A DNA stretch of 61,590 nt from Octopus bimaculoides (lineage: Eukaryota): assembly GCF_001194135.2 (NCBI RefSeq), contig NC_068990.1, forward strand, positions 72,548,392 to 72,609,981, in the 5' to 3' direction. The notes beneath the pieces were generated by a model that saw only the letters and a program-made list of their open reading frames with translations, was not told the origin of the DNA and did no database searches. Every line of letters begins with the position of its first letter. Within the stretch, counting starts at the first letter, position 1. This document shows positions 36,897-48,767 of the stretch, in pieces. A program made the translations under genes and the position numbers.

Positions 36897-37124
36897 TTAA
36901 CCCTTTAACATTCAGATTTCTTTGTCAAATGTATGGCTTATTTATTCCCATTGTTTTGAATTAGTCATGCATTATTTTGCAACTTCAAGATTTTAATGGT
37001 GTGTTTGTATATTTTTAAAATGACATCATAGGATAAGTGTAAGAGGTTAGATCTGGTCAGTTTAATGACAAAATGGGTAAAATATTTGGGCCGAATATGG
37101 CTGGATTAAATGCCGAAGGGTTTA
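36897..37124. mobile_element. Complete TTAA MITE copy (~225 bp)
   Basis: ttaaccctttaacatt...aatgccgaagggttta terminal inverted repeats. Confidence 0.75.
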
Positions 37125-37429
37125 CCCATAATTGTGTGTCCAACAAAATATATTGTTTCATCTATACTGTAGAGCTGACATGTGAAACAGAATGTATTCT
37201 GTGGTAATCAGAGAAATGCATTCAATGTGTATATACATATAGGCATAAGTGTGGATATGTATATGAGAAGCTTGTTTTCCACCCATGTGACCTTGGGTTC
37301 AGTCCCACTGCATGGTATCTTAAGCTTATAGTAGAAGATACTTGCCTGTGTCACCAAAGCCTTGTGAGTGGATTTGGTAGACAGAAACTGAAAGAAGCCT
37401 GTTGTGTTGTGTATGTATATGTGTGAAGA

Positions 37430-37768
37430 TGCATGGCTCAGTGGTTAGAACATCAGGTGCACAATCATGAGGTAATGAGTTTGATTCCCAGACTGAGCTG
37501 TGTGTTGTGTTCTTGAGCAAGACACTTTATTTCACATTGCTCCTGTTCACTCAGCTTTAGAAATGAGTTGCAACATCAATGGAGCCAAGCTGTATCAGAC
37601 TTTGCCTTTCCTTTGGATAACATTGGTGGCATGGAGATGGGAGGCCGGTATGCAAGGGCGACTGCTGGTCTTCCATAAACAACCTTGTCCGGATTTGTGC
37701 TTCAGAGGGGAACTTTGTTGGTGCAATCCCATGGTCATTCATGATTGAAGGGGATCTTAACCCTTTTA

Positions 37769-37770
<2 letters not shown>
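37430..37770 (+). mobile_element. SINE family D copy
   Basis: gatgcatggctcagtggttagaac head and cttgagcaagacactttatttcacattgctcc core. Confidence 0.7.
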
Positions 37771-37809
<39 letters not shown>

Positions 37810-38156
37810 CATGTGTCTATGTATGTGTGTATGTTTGTCTCCACCACTGCTTGACAACTGCTGTTGGTCTGTTTACATCTGACTTAGCAGTTTGTCAAAA
37901 GAAACTGATAGATTAGGTACCAGGTTTTAAAAATAAGTACTCAGGCTGATTTGTTTGATCAAACCCTTCAAGGCAATGCCCCCAGCATGCATGGCCACAG
38001 TCCAATGACTTAAACAAGTAAAAGATAAAATATACAGAGAGAGAGAGACAGACAGACAGACAAACAGAGAGGCATGATAAAGTTGCATTGTTAGTAAAGA
38101 ATTAGTTATTAGAAGCACTCCTGCTAATCTGCCACATAAACACAAATAATAATAAT

Positions 38157-38204
38157 AACAACAACAACAACAACAACAGGAATAACTAGCCAATACTTTT
38201 TATT
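38157..38204 (-). terminator. Candidate cleavage/polyadenylation site: AATAAA plus GU-rich downstream element
   Basis: Minus-strand AATAAA at 38204-38199, followed ~20 nt later by (UUG)n at 38178-38157. It coincides with the boundary between the repeat-rich and repeat-poor regions. Confidence 0.5.
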
Positions 38205-41200
38205 TCGATATACAATCAATCAGACTAATGAGAATGAAAAGCCATACCGAAGTATTGCAAAAGTCTGAGGTATTTTAAATGGGCATGCCTAACTGACTGG
38301 TAGCAAGCAAATGGGATCCAATCAGGGGGTATACCCTTAAGCCAAGTAAAGGGTACATAACAGAACAAACACCCAGAAAACAATTCACCAATGAAACCAA
38401 CAGGGTAGATGAATGGGGGTATGGCATGGGCAGGGTTGTACTTGGCTACTGAAGACATTTGTTACAGATAGTCTTTGAAGAAAAGCAAAAAACAAAAAAA
38501 AAAGGAAAAAAAAAAAATAATTGTCTCACCCACTGGACATAAGGAAAGGAGTTTTTTGGGGGATGGGGTGGGGGAACTTACGAATATATATTATTTAAAA
38601 AAAAAATCAAATCAAAAATAAAATAGAAAAAGATGGATTTTTTTGATTTTTGTTTTTAGATTTTTTTCTTTTTTTCCATTTTATACAGTCTGCAACGATA
38701 TCATAATGTGATATTACTGCAGAGGATGTACTCTTATTTATTTGCATCTAGCATTGAATGAGTGATTTACTGGGGGTCTCCGAAAAAAAAAAAAAAAGAT
38801 TCAAAGGGAGATTCAAACCCCTCCCCCACCATCACCTTTAAAACTGACTGGACAGATGTCAGCATCAACTGACTTTCACATATATATTTTATAAAAGCAA
38901 ATGAAATGTCTAGCAATAATTCCTAGGCCTTCTTTTGTTTTTTCTTTCTTTCTTTATTATTAAATATTTTTGACACAAAATTTGTGGGGGATTGGAGAAC
39001 ACACAAAAGAATCTAGCATTAAGGGGAGACACCAACGTTTTGTATAAGAAGATATCAATTATAAAACCATATTTTAAAAAGTAATTATTTCAAATGAAAC
39101 ATATCATGTGAAGGAAGGGGAGGGGAGTTTGAAATTATCACAACAGAGGCTTTCACAAATTTGAAACCTTTGGAAATATATACAAGTATGTATGGAATAC
39201 ACAAGAAGGCTTTTCTCATATTATTGTGTTGTTTGCATTCATTGTTTAGCATTTAGCTTGTAATAATGATATCAGGACAACCCATGACACTGTCTTGGCT
39301 ATCCACCCCTATAATTTTGTCACTGTTTGTTTGCCTTCCAACAGCAGAGTAATTTAATGCAATTATTTTGTAGCAGTCTTCTTATGCATATACACATCTA
39401 CATGCAAATAAGGTGCAGCATCAGATTTAGTTTTATATGCTCTTTTAGCAAAATATCAAAAGCTTAAGACTTTAATGCTCTGTATATATTGCAGCTTTCA
39501 CTCTATTCATATGTCCAAAATTTTGTAGAAACAAACAATACTTTCTCTATTTACACATTTATTGGAAAACTGAAATGATCTTTTTTTTTTTTTATCTCAT
39601 GTTGAGTTAAACTCTGAATGTGTGTGTGTGTGTATGTGTGTGTATTAACACACACTGTATCTATATTGAGGATTGTAGCATTGATATTTCATTGAACTGT
39701 TTATATCATATGAATGACACTACTTGGGAGAAAAAAAAAAAGAGGAAGGGTGATAGGAATTAATTATTGGATTCTTGTACATGTTTTAGCCAACTTTGTG
39801 GTGATGGTTGTTTTGAATGTGAGTAGAAGAGCTTAAAACACTCTTTATTATTCAAAATAATATGCTAGAGATGGTGTCTTCCCTTAGATTAATTAAGTCT
39901 GTTTTAATACTGATCAAACACTGACGAAAAAAAAAATAGGGTTTTGGAAACAAAACTGCTCCAGTAGTTATTGTCTCAAAAGAATTTTACCGTGTTTTAT
40001 TAACGCAGAAATAAGATGTTAAATCTGAATAAGACCTGAGCAAATACAGTTAAAATTTCTTAAGTCTGGTCCCACAATTTGAAAAAAAAAAAAAAAAAAA
40101 AATCATATCTGCAGTTTGTTACTGTTTAAAAAAAAAAACAAGGAGAACTAGAGAGGGTTAGAGGAGAAAGATCAATAGAAATTATACAACTGATACCATA
40201 AAATAAAAGTATTTGCATGCATGTGCAGCAGTAAGTCAATAATAATGGACATTGATATTAACAAGAAGACAAGTATGAACAAGAGGAAATGCCCATTTAT
40301 GGAGGGAGGGAATGAGGAAGGGAGGGGGAATCAACACTAGATTTATCGGAGACCCAATAGAAATGTTTGCAACCCAGCTCAATAGCTTATCTTATCACAG
40401 CATTTAAAAGTTACATAACTCGTTTAGTTATTAACTGAAGAAAGGTGTTTTAACAAGCTATCAAAATGTAACAGATAGACAACTAAATAAATGTTCCAGT
40501 CATACACAAAGGGCAATTGTCATCCTTCGTTTGTAAAAGTAATGCTGAAAAGTGAGTTTAAATATACAATAAGAAAAGAACAAAAAGAAATGAAGCACAG
40601 ACTGTGTGTTATCTGTCAGTCACTGGTAAACACTAATTTTTACTAACATACCACAGACAATAAAATAAAAATTCTAATGTATTTTTTAAAATTAAATAAA
40701 TAAATGATAATAATAAATAAATAAATTAATTGATTAATTAATAAATCCCACAACAGATTTAAAATTGGTTTTCAAATACTTTTGTTGATAAATAGAAAAC
40801 ACTAAAATAAAAAGGCTTTGAAAATGAAAGGAAAATCTTTCAAGTATGCTGACTTGAATAAAGTAAGCACATGTCAAGAGAACTAAGCAAGAAGAAAAGA
40901 AACAGAAACAGAGCAAAGAAAGAAACTATTATTAACATTAAAAAGGGTACCAGCTTTCACCAACTGTTTACCTTTCATTTTCTTGTCTTTTGACTAAGAA
41001 GTTGGGGCCAGGGTAATGGTCTTGAATTATAATATTAATGATTACATTGAAATGGAGTGTGAGTGATGCAAGACGAGAGCTGAAGTGTTAAAACATGCAA
41101 TGTAAGCAGGAGTGAAACATAAAATGGTAAAAAAGCAATTAATATTAAAGGGCATGGGCTCTGTTTTGAGCAGGGACTGACAATGTTTTTTTATTGTAAA

Positions 41201-42112
41201 CTAAGTTAATAGTGCTTTAGTCTAGTAAGGATATTACAGCAACTGTCATAAGACACTAACAATTCTTTTGTATAGCAACTGTTCAATAATTTGTAATGAC
41301 TTCACTATTAACCCACTATAAAACAATTACTACATGATAACATTAGCTAAACAAAAATTTGTTCTTGAATCAAAAGCAAGCCTTCGATTGCAATATTAGT
41401 TAAGAATAAACAAAACTTGAATACCTTAGTAGGCATTTTCATACCATTTTAGCAATTTTTTTGAAAGGATGTTTTACAACAGGACCAATCAAACACTTTT
41501 ATTTTAAGTTGACATAATCTACTGTACTTCCAACTTTATACTAAAAATTAATTTTCTAAGTGTCTGGTATCACCTTAATTATAAATTGCTGTTGTTTAAC
41601 TATAGCCATGATAGATCTATGATAAAATCCATTCCAACCATGGTAATTATATATATATGTGTGTGTGTGTGTGTGTTTATAGGCATAAAGTACTCCAAGT
41701 AGTCTTAATTTCAATATGTTAGAGTGTTTTGAGGGTGGTTAGCTGCTATTTCTAACAAGTTTAGTAACAATTCAGTGGTTTTTTTCCCCCCATTGACTTG
41801 ACCTTAACTATAAGCTGGTTTGCTGTATTTTCAATTGAAAGAGAAGATAATTAAATTCATATCCAAAGATAATTAAAAACAGCAGAGGGTAAAAAAAAAA
41901 ATGTGTAATTATAGATGAAAGAATGTACAAAATATATTAATTGGAATATTTTGCTCCCTTCAGGGAAAAACTGAAGTGAACATTATTCAGTTGATGCATG
42001 TAACATTAATTCTTTGCTCACACTTCAGAATTTTATGTATTTTACTTTACAATGCTAAAAAATAACAAATAGATTATCTATATCATAAAAATAATGTAGA
42101 GTGTGGGTTTAT

Positions 42113-42333
42113 GTTACCCTTTTAGGATTTAAACCAACAACACCCAGGCCAAATATTCTACCTGTCTTATGTTCAAACCAGCCAGATCTGGTCTCTTGCA
42201 CCTACCCTACAATGCCTTTCTAAAAATAATGACATCATCAAAATATCAAAGCTATAAGATAATGTCTGATTAATTCAAAACAATGTGAATAAATATTACA
42301 TTTGACAGAATAATCTGGGTGTTAAAGGGTTAA
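42113..42333. mobile_element. TTAA MITE copy
   Basis: ttacccttttagg...tgttaaagggttaa ends; family body is conserved. Confidence 0.75.
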
Positions 42334-43577
42334 TTGTTATGCCTGCCTCATATATTAGTATAGGAGGAAAAGACAGATGAAAGCCCATGTTGACAGCACT
42401 TTTTACTATCTCTTTATATATATATATATATATAGTGTATGTATAAATTTATATTTTGTATTGACCTATACAAGTGTCATCAAATTGTTATCAATGACAA
42501 CTGCTGCCAAGAGAAATGAGAGCATGTATGCACTTGCCTCTGACTTCTATGGAGATAGAACTAGTCATCTGGTGGCACCATGAACAGCAATTTAAAATAT
42601 ATTTATTCCTTATCTTAATAATACCATAAGTTACCATAGAGAAGTCTGTATGTCACACAATGAAGACTTTTTGCTTTATTCCATTATATATAAAAATAAG
42701 AGATAAGCTTCAGCTTAACTGGATACTGTATCTAATGACTATGCCATTTAACTACCTAACTTAAGTTTTGTAAATGTCCCATGTACAGTAATAATGTGAT
42801 ATCCCTTCAGATACTTTGATTTGAAATTAAAACCAAAACAAAAATGAAAATAAATAAACTTTCTCTCTTAAGTTTTAAGATGATTTTAATTTAGTTAGAT
42901 AAGAAAAAAAAAAAAATTTAAGTATACAATTAATTTATTTCTGAGAAACTTCTCAACAGGGAAGGAAATGTTCTCTCCATCTCTGCCATTTAAAGGTAGT
43001 TTTCTTTTAACAATTTGTTATTAGTAATTATAAAGCTATATAATAGATATAGAAATATCTGCAATTTTATAAGTATAATTTTTTTGGCCAGACTTATAAT
43101 AAAATAACAACAAAAATGTGATCAGCTTTAGCCTTAATATAATCGTTAAGCACCCTCCCCACCACTTCTACAATACTTGAAATTATTAACAAAGTTTAAA
43201 CTAAATAAAGGTATTATATATTAAAACAGTTATCAACAACCTGAAGAAACTAGTTTACTATTAAGTCCTCACTTAAGCTTTTTGGGAAGAATAAAATATT
43301 TGCTTTCTTCAATTCAAAGAGTAAAATGATAAAAAAAGTTCTAGTGTATTGAATTTAACAGTTTAAGAAGCCCCACCAAAAAAAAAATTGTCCCAGAAAT
43401 CAATCAGCAACTTATAAAAACAAAATCAGGGTTTGGGTTACAGGCAAGTAATGGTTCAAATGAGTGTCAACCAACATTGAAGTGCATGTTTTACGTTGAT
43501 GCACTTTTATAAGCCATCAAGTATGGTTATATTGATTCAATTATCAACAATAATTAAAAAATTTGAAAACTACATAT

Positions 43578-43777
43578 TCTTTTCTACTCTAGGCAGAAGG
43601 CCTGAAACTTTTTGGGAGGGGGCCAGTTGATTAGATTGACCTCAGTATGCAACTGGTACTTAATTTATCGATCCTGAAAGGATGAAAGGCAAAGTTGACC
43701 TCAGAACGTAAAGACAGATGAAATACCGCTAAGTATTTCACCTAGCATGCTAACATTTCTGCCAGCTCACCACCTTC
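43578..43777 (-). mobile_element. SINE family A copy
   Basis: ttctactctaggcagaaggcctg...gccagctcaccacctt. Confidence 0.8.
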
Positions 43778-45039
43778 TGAAAACTACATATTAATGATGG
43801 AAAGCTGTAGTTCTCATTTGCATACAAACTGAAATTTAGAACATTCTTACAAATCTCCAAGTTATTTTCTGTCAATAAAGATTTTTTGAAATGATGAATG
43901 TATGATGAGTTATTTCTTTTAATAATAATGTTACCACTTCCTTTTATTGAAGTGATTCTACTTTAAACAATATTACATAATTCTTATGCTTTGAATTTTT
44001 CAAATAGAAAATGAGTAACTGTTTTCTCAATAATACATATATCCAATGTAACACATTTGATTCACTGGCACAACAGCACCTACGGTAATCACTGCTATTA
44101 CACCTAAAACTACAACTGTAATTACAACAAATGATAACTAACCCCACTGGTGTTGTGTTGTTCCAATACACATCTATATAGACCAACATCATGTGTGTGG
44201 ATGATTACCTAACAAGTAGACAGTATATAAATTTAAATATAGAAAATGGAAAAAGTTGTAACATTATCCCTGGGATTCAGATGCCATGTCTGCTGTAAAG
44301 TTTATAGCTGTGGTAACCACTACATTAATGGGACATTGCAATTCTTAGCCCTTAAATAAATAAACCTAAACTAGGTAACTAAAGTAGTTTTATTCTGATT
44401 TATTACAAGAATAATTTTGGCTTTTTTTTTTTTTTTTTTTGTTAATGGCTTAGTGTAGGTAGGGCAGCAGCCATAAACCCTACTAATCCCTTCTCAGGGT
44501 CTCCCTTGATGAGAAGTTATCCTCAGGCCAGGAGAGTCTTACCAAAATGTTTGGACCCAGATAAGAGCACCAATGGGCACAACAGTAGTGTTAAACTGAG
44601 TGAGAGCTTAAGACTACCACCCAAGAATAAGTCTGCCAAACTTCACTCACAAGGCTTTGGTTGCTATGAGTCTATGGCAGATGATGATTGTCCAAAGTGG
44701 TGTGTAGTGGGATTGAACTCAAAACCACATATCAGAACTATTATTCTGTGTGATTCTCTAATCCTATTCAAGCACAAAGTGTTTGTGTACCTAAGTATCT
44801 ACAGGCATAAAATACATTGCTTCTGTGAAATTTACACACAGAATTTTTCTCTCAATTATAAGATTTCAGTCCTCTTATATGTTAGGCAACAGTTTGTGGC
44901 ATAGTGAATTAGCACTGTGTCTTTATTTGGAAATTAAGATTCTAAGCTCAATCATAGCTAAAGAATATTGTAGAAATAAGATAAAGGTATTTGAAAATGG
45001 TCAGAGAATGACCAATCAGATGCATGTCTCTGTTGAACA

Positions 45040-45071
<32 letters not shown>

Positions 45072-45884
45072 ATGGATTACCCTGTTTTGCAATGTAAGTT
45101 ATAATTCAGATGAACTCAAACAAAATTTTCATATTACTTCTTATGCAATGGTAAACAAGTCATTCAACCAAACATCAACTTGACATTAAATACCAGAAAT
45201 ATACCATAAATTTGCTTGAGATGTTTAAAAGTTCACTTGGTGTTGTTAAACCTCAGGTCAACCCTGACATGCAGCAGACTTATGATCAAAGTATTTCAGT
45301 TGTGTCTGTTCAATTTTTCTACCACATCTAATGCTTTAAGATATAATTTGAGGGATTTCTGGTTGTTATTTCTAGCTGGTGAATCAACCATGCACAGGCT
45401 CCATTTTCGACTTATTAGAAGTTCAGTTTCCAAATTTAGTATCAATAAAGATCAACAATAATACATCTACTCTGTGAGTGAGAATTAACTGAGATTTATT
45501 AAATAGTTTATATATATATTTATACACACACTGTTGTGGTAGTATTAGTAAAAGTCTATTTAAACAAATTTTTGTTTGTCTATATTTAGAAATTTTAGCT
45601 ATTTATCTACAAGAAAAATCTTTTCTTCCTTTCTCAATGAAGATATCTATCTAATTACTACAAAAGCATGTTAAATTTTATATATATACACACACACATA
45701 AATATATCTATTTATTTGTTATACATATATATACATATATGTACATGCGTGTGTATATATGTGTGTGTGTACATGTTTAAAAGTAGTTGTTGGTTATGGC
45801 CAGTCAGAATTTTTTTTTTCACAGCCATTGTTGACCAAGATTGTATTCTTACCTCTATTAGTAAAGAGGTCATGTGATTCTGGC

Positions 45885-45952
45885 CAGCAGGTCTGATGAG
45901 TGGCTACATTGCTAAGTGCAATAGCATACATGAAACCTATGGTTGCCTTCTG
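45885..45952 (+). ncRNA. Type I hammerhead ribozyme motif (isolated pLTR-like remnant)
   Basis: cagcaggt-CTGATGA-G, stem II (gtg/cat, gct/agc, attgc/gcaat), GAAA, CC-tat-GG-T-T, then gccttctg. Stem I is 4+3 bp; the triplet is GUU. Confidence 0.7.
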
Positions 45953-47840
45953 ACTAGCCATAACCAATGACTCCTTTAAAAGGTTTTTTTCCAAAGTGTG
46001 CTTTATTCTCAGACTTAAGAGCAACTGACCAATTATATATATATATATATATATATGCAGGTGTGTGTGTGTGTGTGTGTGTACCTGAATATGAATATGA
46101 GTACTGCCTATTTGTTAATCCTTTATATTCTGAACTACTCAAAGATAAGCTGACACTAGTTGAGTAATTTCACACTGCAATTGCTTTAACAGAAACAATT
46201 GTCTGTTAAGTAATCTAAGCTACTAAACTTCTTTACAATGAGAGCTGAACACAAATTATCTTACCAACACTTTTTTTTTTGTGGAGTACATCAGAGGAAT
46301 GGGACAGTGGTTGAAAAAATTGAAACAAAAGATGAATTTCAGAGCTAAATAACAATTTATTTTAATTTTCTTTTCTTTTATGAAACAAAAAGAAAATAAT
46401 AATATTAATAATAATCATTCATAAGAGCCAATGCTTATACAAATATTTATACAGAGCATAAGTAAATGACAGGAATAAAAATTATAGTCTTTTAAGAAAA
46501 TAACTATGCCATTTGATTTTATGAAACAGAAATCAAATAATAATAATAAAAAAAAACAATAAAATGTGAAAAATAAAACAGGAAAAACAATCAGTACAAG
46601 AAAAGCATATATTTAACTACTTTCTAATAAAATAATTTAAAAAAAAAAAAAAAAAATCCCAACAAAATTTAACAAAATCATTATTGCTTACCTGGAGGAC
46701 TAGCCAAATTAACAACCCTACCCAATGGAATATTAAATTTTATTTTTCATATTCATATTATTTATTTATTCTTTTTGCTGTAACCAAAAGTGATAAAATA
46801 TGATAAAGAAAAACAAAAACAAAAGAATAAATAAACTTTAATGAGAGTCATTAAAAAATATCTTGACTGATAAGAAAATCTTTATTTTCAGAAACTTGAA
46901 AAAAAAAAAAAAAAAAAAAAAAAAAACTAACAATAATTTATGATAAGATAAATATTAAATAGTGATGGCATTAATTAAAATTACTTAATTTTCCTGCTTT
47001 AAAACTAGTTACTTGTAATTTAGCTCCCAAACCCCTGAATTAGGTGGACAACATGAGTAAAGCATAATGATGCCTGTGAAGAAAATAGGAAAAGAAAGGG
47101 GGGGAAAAAGAGAAAATATAAACAATGATAGCCACTAGAGAGTTGTATTTTCTGGCAATATCTTTAACAATCCAGCCAATTTCACATTACAAACACTACC
47201 GGAAATTTAAATAAGTTTAATTCAGTTATCCTAATCAACTGTTATTAGAATATTTTCTTGAAAAAATTTTATTTTGTATTTCATTGTGACTTGTGCTTGT
47301 TTGGAAGTCAAAATTTGTGATAAAGTAAGAAAAATGTTGAAATGCTACAAGTTTTCAATGTATAAACTAAAAAAAAAAACTAGTTAGGACATGATAAAGC
47401 ACTAATTTGAGACAGGCCTGCTTCTCTGTCCTGTTTCAAACTAATACATATAAAGTCCAATGCTGATAACATTAAAATCTCAGACATTAATTCATAGTGT
47501 GAAAGAATCCTTCTACAAGGAATTTCTCAAAAGGTTTCAAAGAAATCAATTGCAAGAGTGTGTTGCTCATTATTATGAAATGAGTAGTGCTAATTCTAAT
47601 TACTGCCCAAAAGAATATAGAGCATGTCATTTTTCAGAAGACTGTTTTTTTGATTCATTATATACTATCCATATGCTGTCTGAGAATATTTCTTCATAAC
47701 AGCTTAATAGACTGATGACACAAGATATTAGAAAAGTTTTTTTTAATTTATAATTAGAAAATATCCACAAATGCACACTTAAACATATATACACAGGCAC
47801 ATACATGTATGCATATATATATACACACACACACATACAT

Positions 47841-47880
<40 letters not shown>

Positions 47881-48735
47881 TGTGTGTGTATATCTAAATT
47901 AGTTTTAGAATTGAAAATCTAATTATTTCTGACCAGCAAAATAGTTACTAATGACAAGCACTATATAATCAATTTGCAGCTAGAAATCTATATATATATA
48001 TATTATAGTATGTGTGTATGTCAAATGTGGATAGTAATCTGAAAGTAGGTTCATGTGAACTAGCTGTAAATTGAGAAAAAACAAATCTATAATGTGGCAT
48101 TTGAACATTGGGAATAAATAATTCTGTAACATTATTCATGTGAAAAATATCAACAACTAAAATAGGAAAAGAAATGGATTAGAGGCTACATTATTAAATG
48201 CAGCAGAATATATATTTTATTTAAAAATGGGAGAAGGAAGGGAAGTTTTTTTAAACTAAAATCATGAACCTAAACAAATTTAGATATGTATATATAAAAA
48301 ATAAGATGTTTAAGCAAACAATGAACCACCAGACACAACCTGCCCTGAGTTAAATTTGGTGAAAAAAAATGTTGCCATAAAGCAGAGATTGAAAAGATAA
48401 AGTAAAAAAGAAAAATGAAAGAAACAAAAAAAGAAAAACCAACAAAATTGCACATACATACACTGATCTATATTGAGGTAGTCATATACAACTTTACCAC
48501 CAGTTGTGATGCAAAACCATCAGCTGATGAGAAATGCAAAAATCCCTGCCAATTTTGTGTGAGCTTCTATCATCTGCTCAACCAGACCTATTGAATAATC
48601 CTAAATGAGAAAAAGACGGATTCAAAGTGGAAAATGGAAAGAATGGGTGATGGGTTTTGAAATATTGAAATTTCAAATTGTTACCCAAAAGTCATATCTG
48701 AGAATTTCTCATTCAATCTTACATATAAGATATAC

Positions 48736-48767
<32 letters not shown>

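Noticed and set aside
38225-38458. 77-aa minus-strand ORF (MSSVAKYNPAH...)
   Set aside because: No recognisable domain or splice context; better explained by locally higher GC in a structured segment.
38478-38495. AAAAGCAAAA / UUUUGCUUUU resembling MALAT1/NEAT1 triple-helix motifs
   Set aside because: The paired U-rich motifs, intervening stem, A-rich tract and tRNA-like element are not present in the right order on one strand. Such runs are common in this region.
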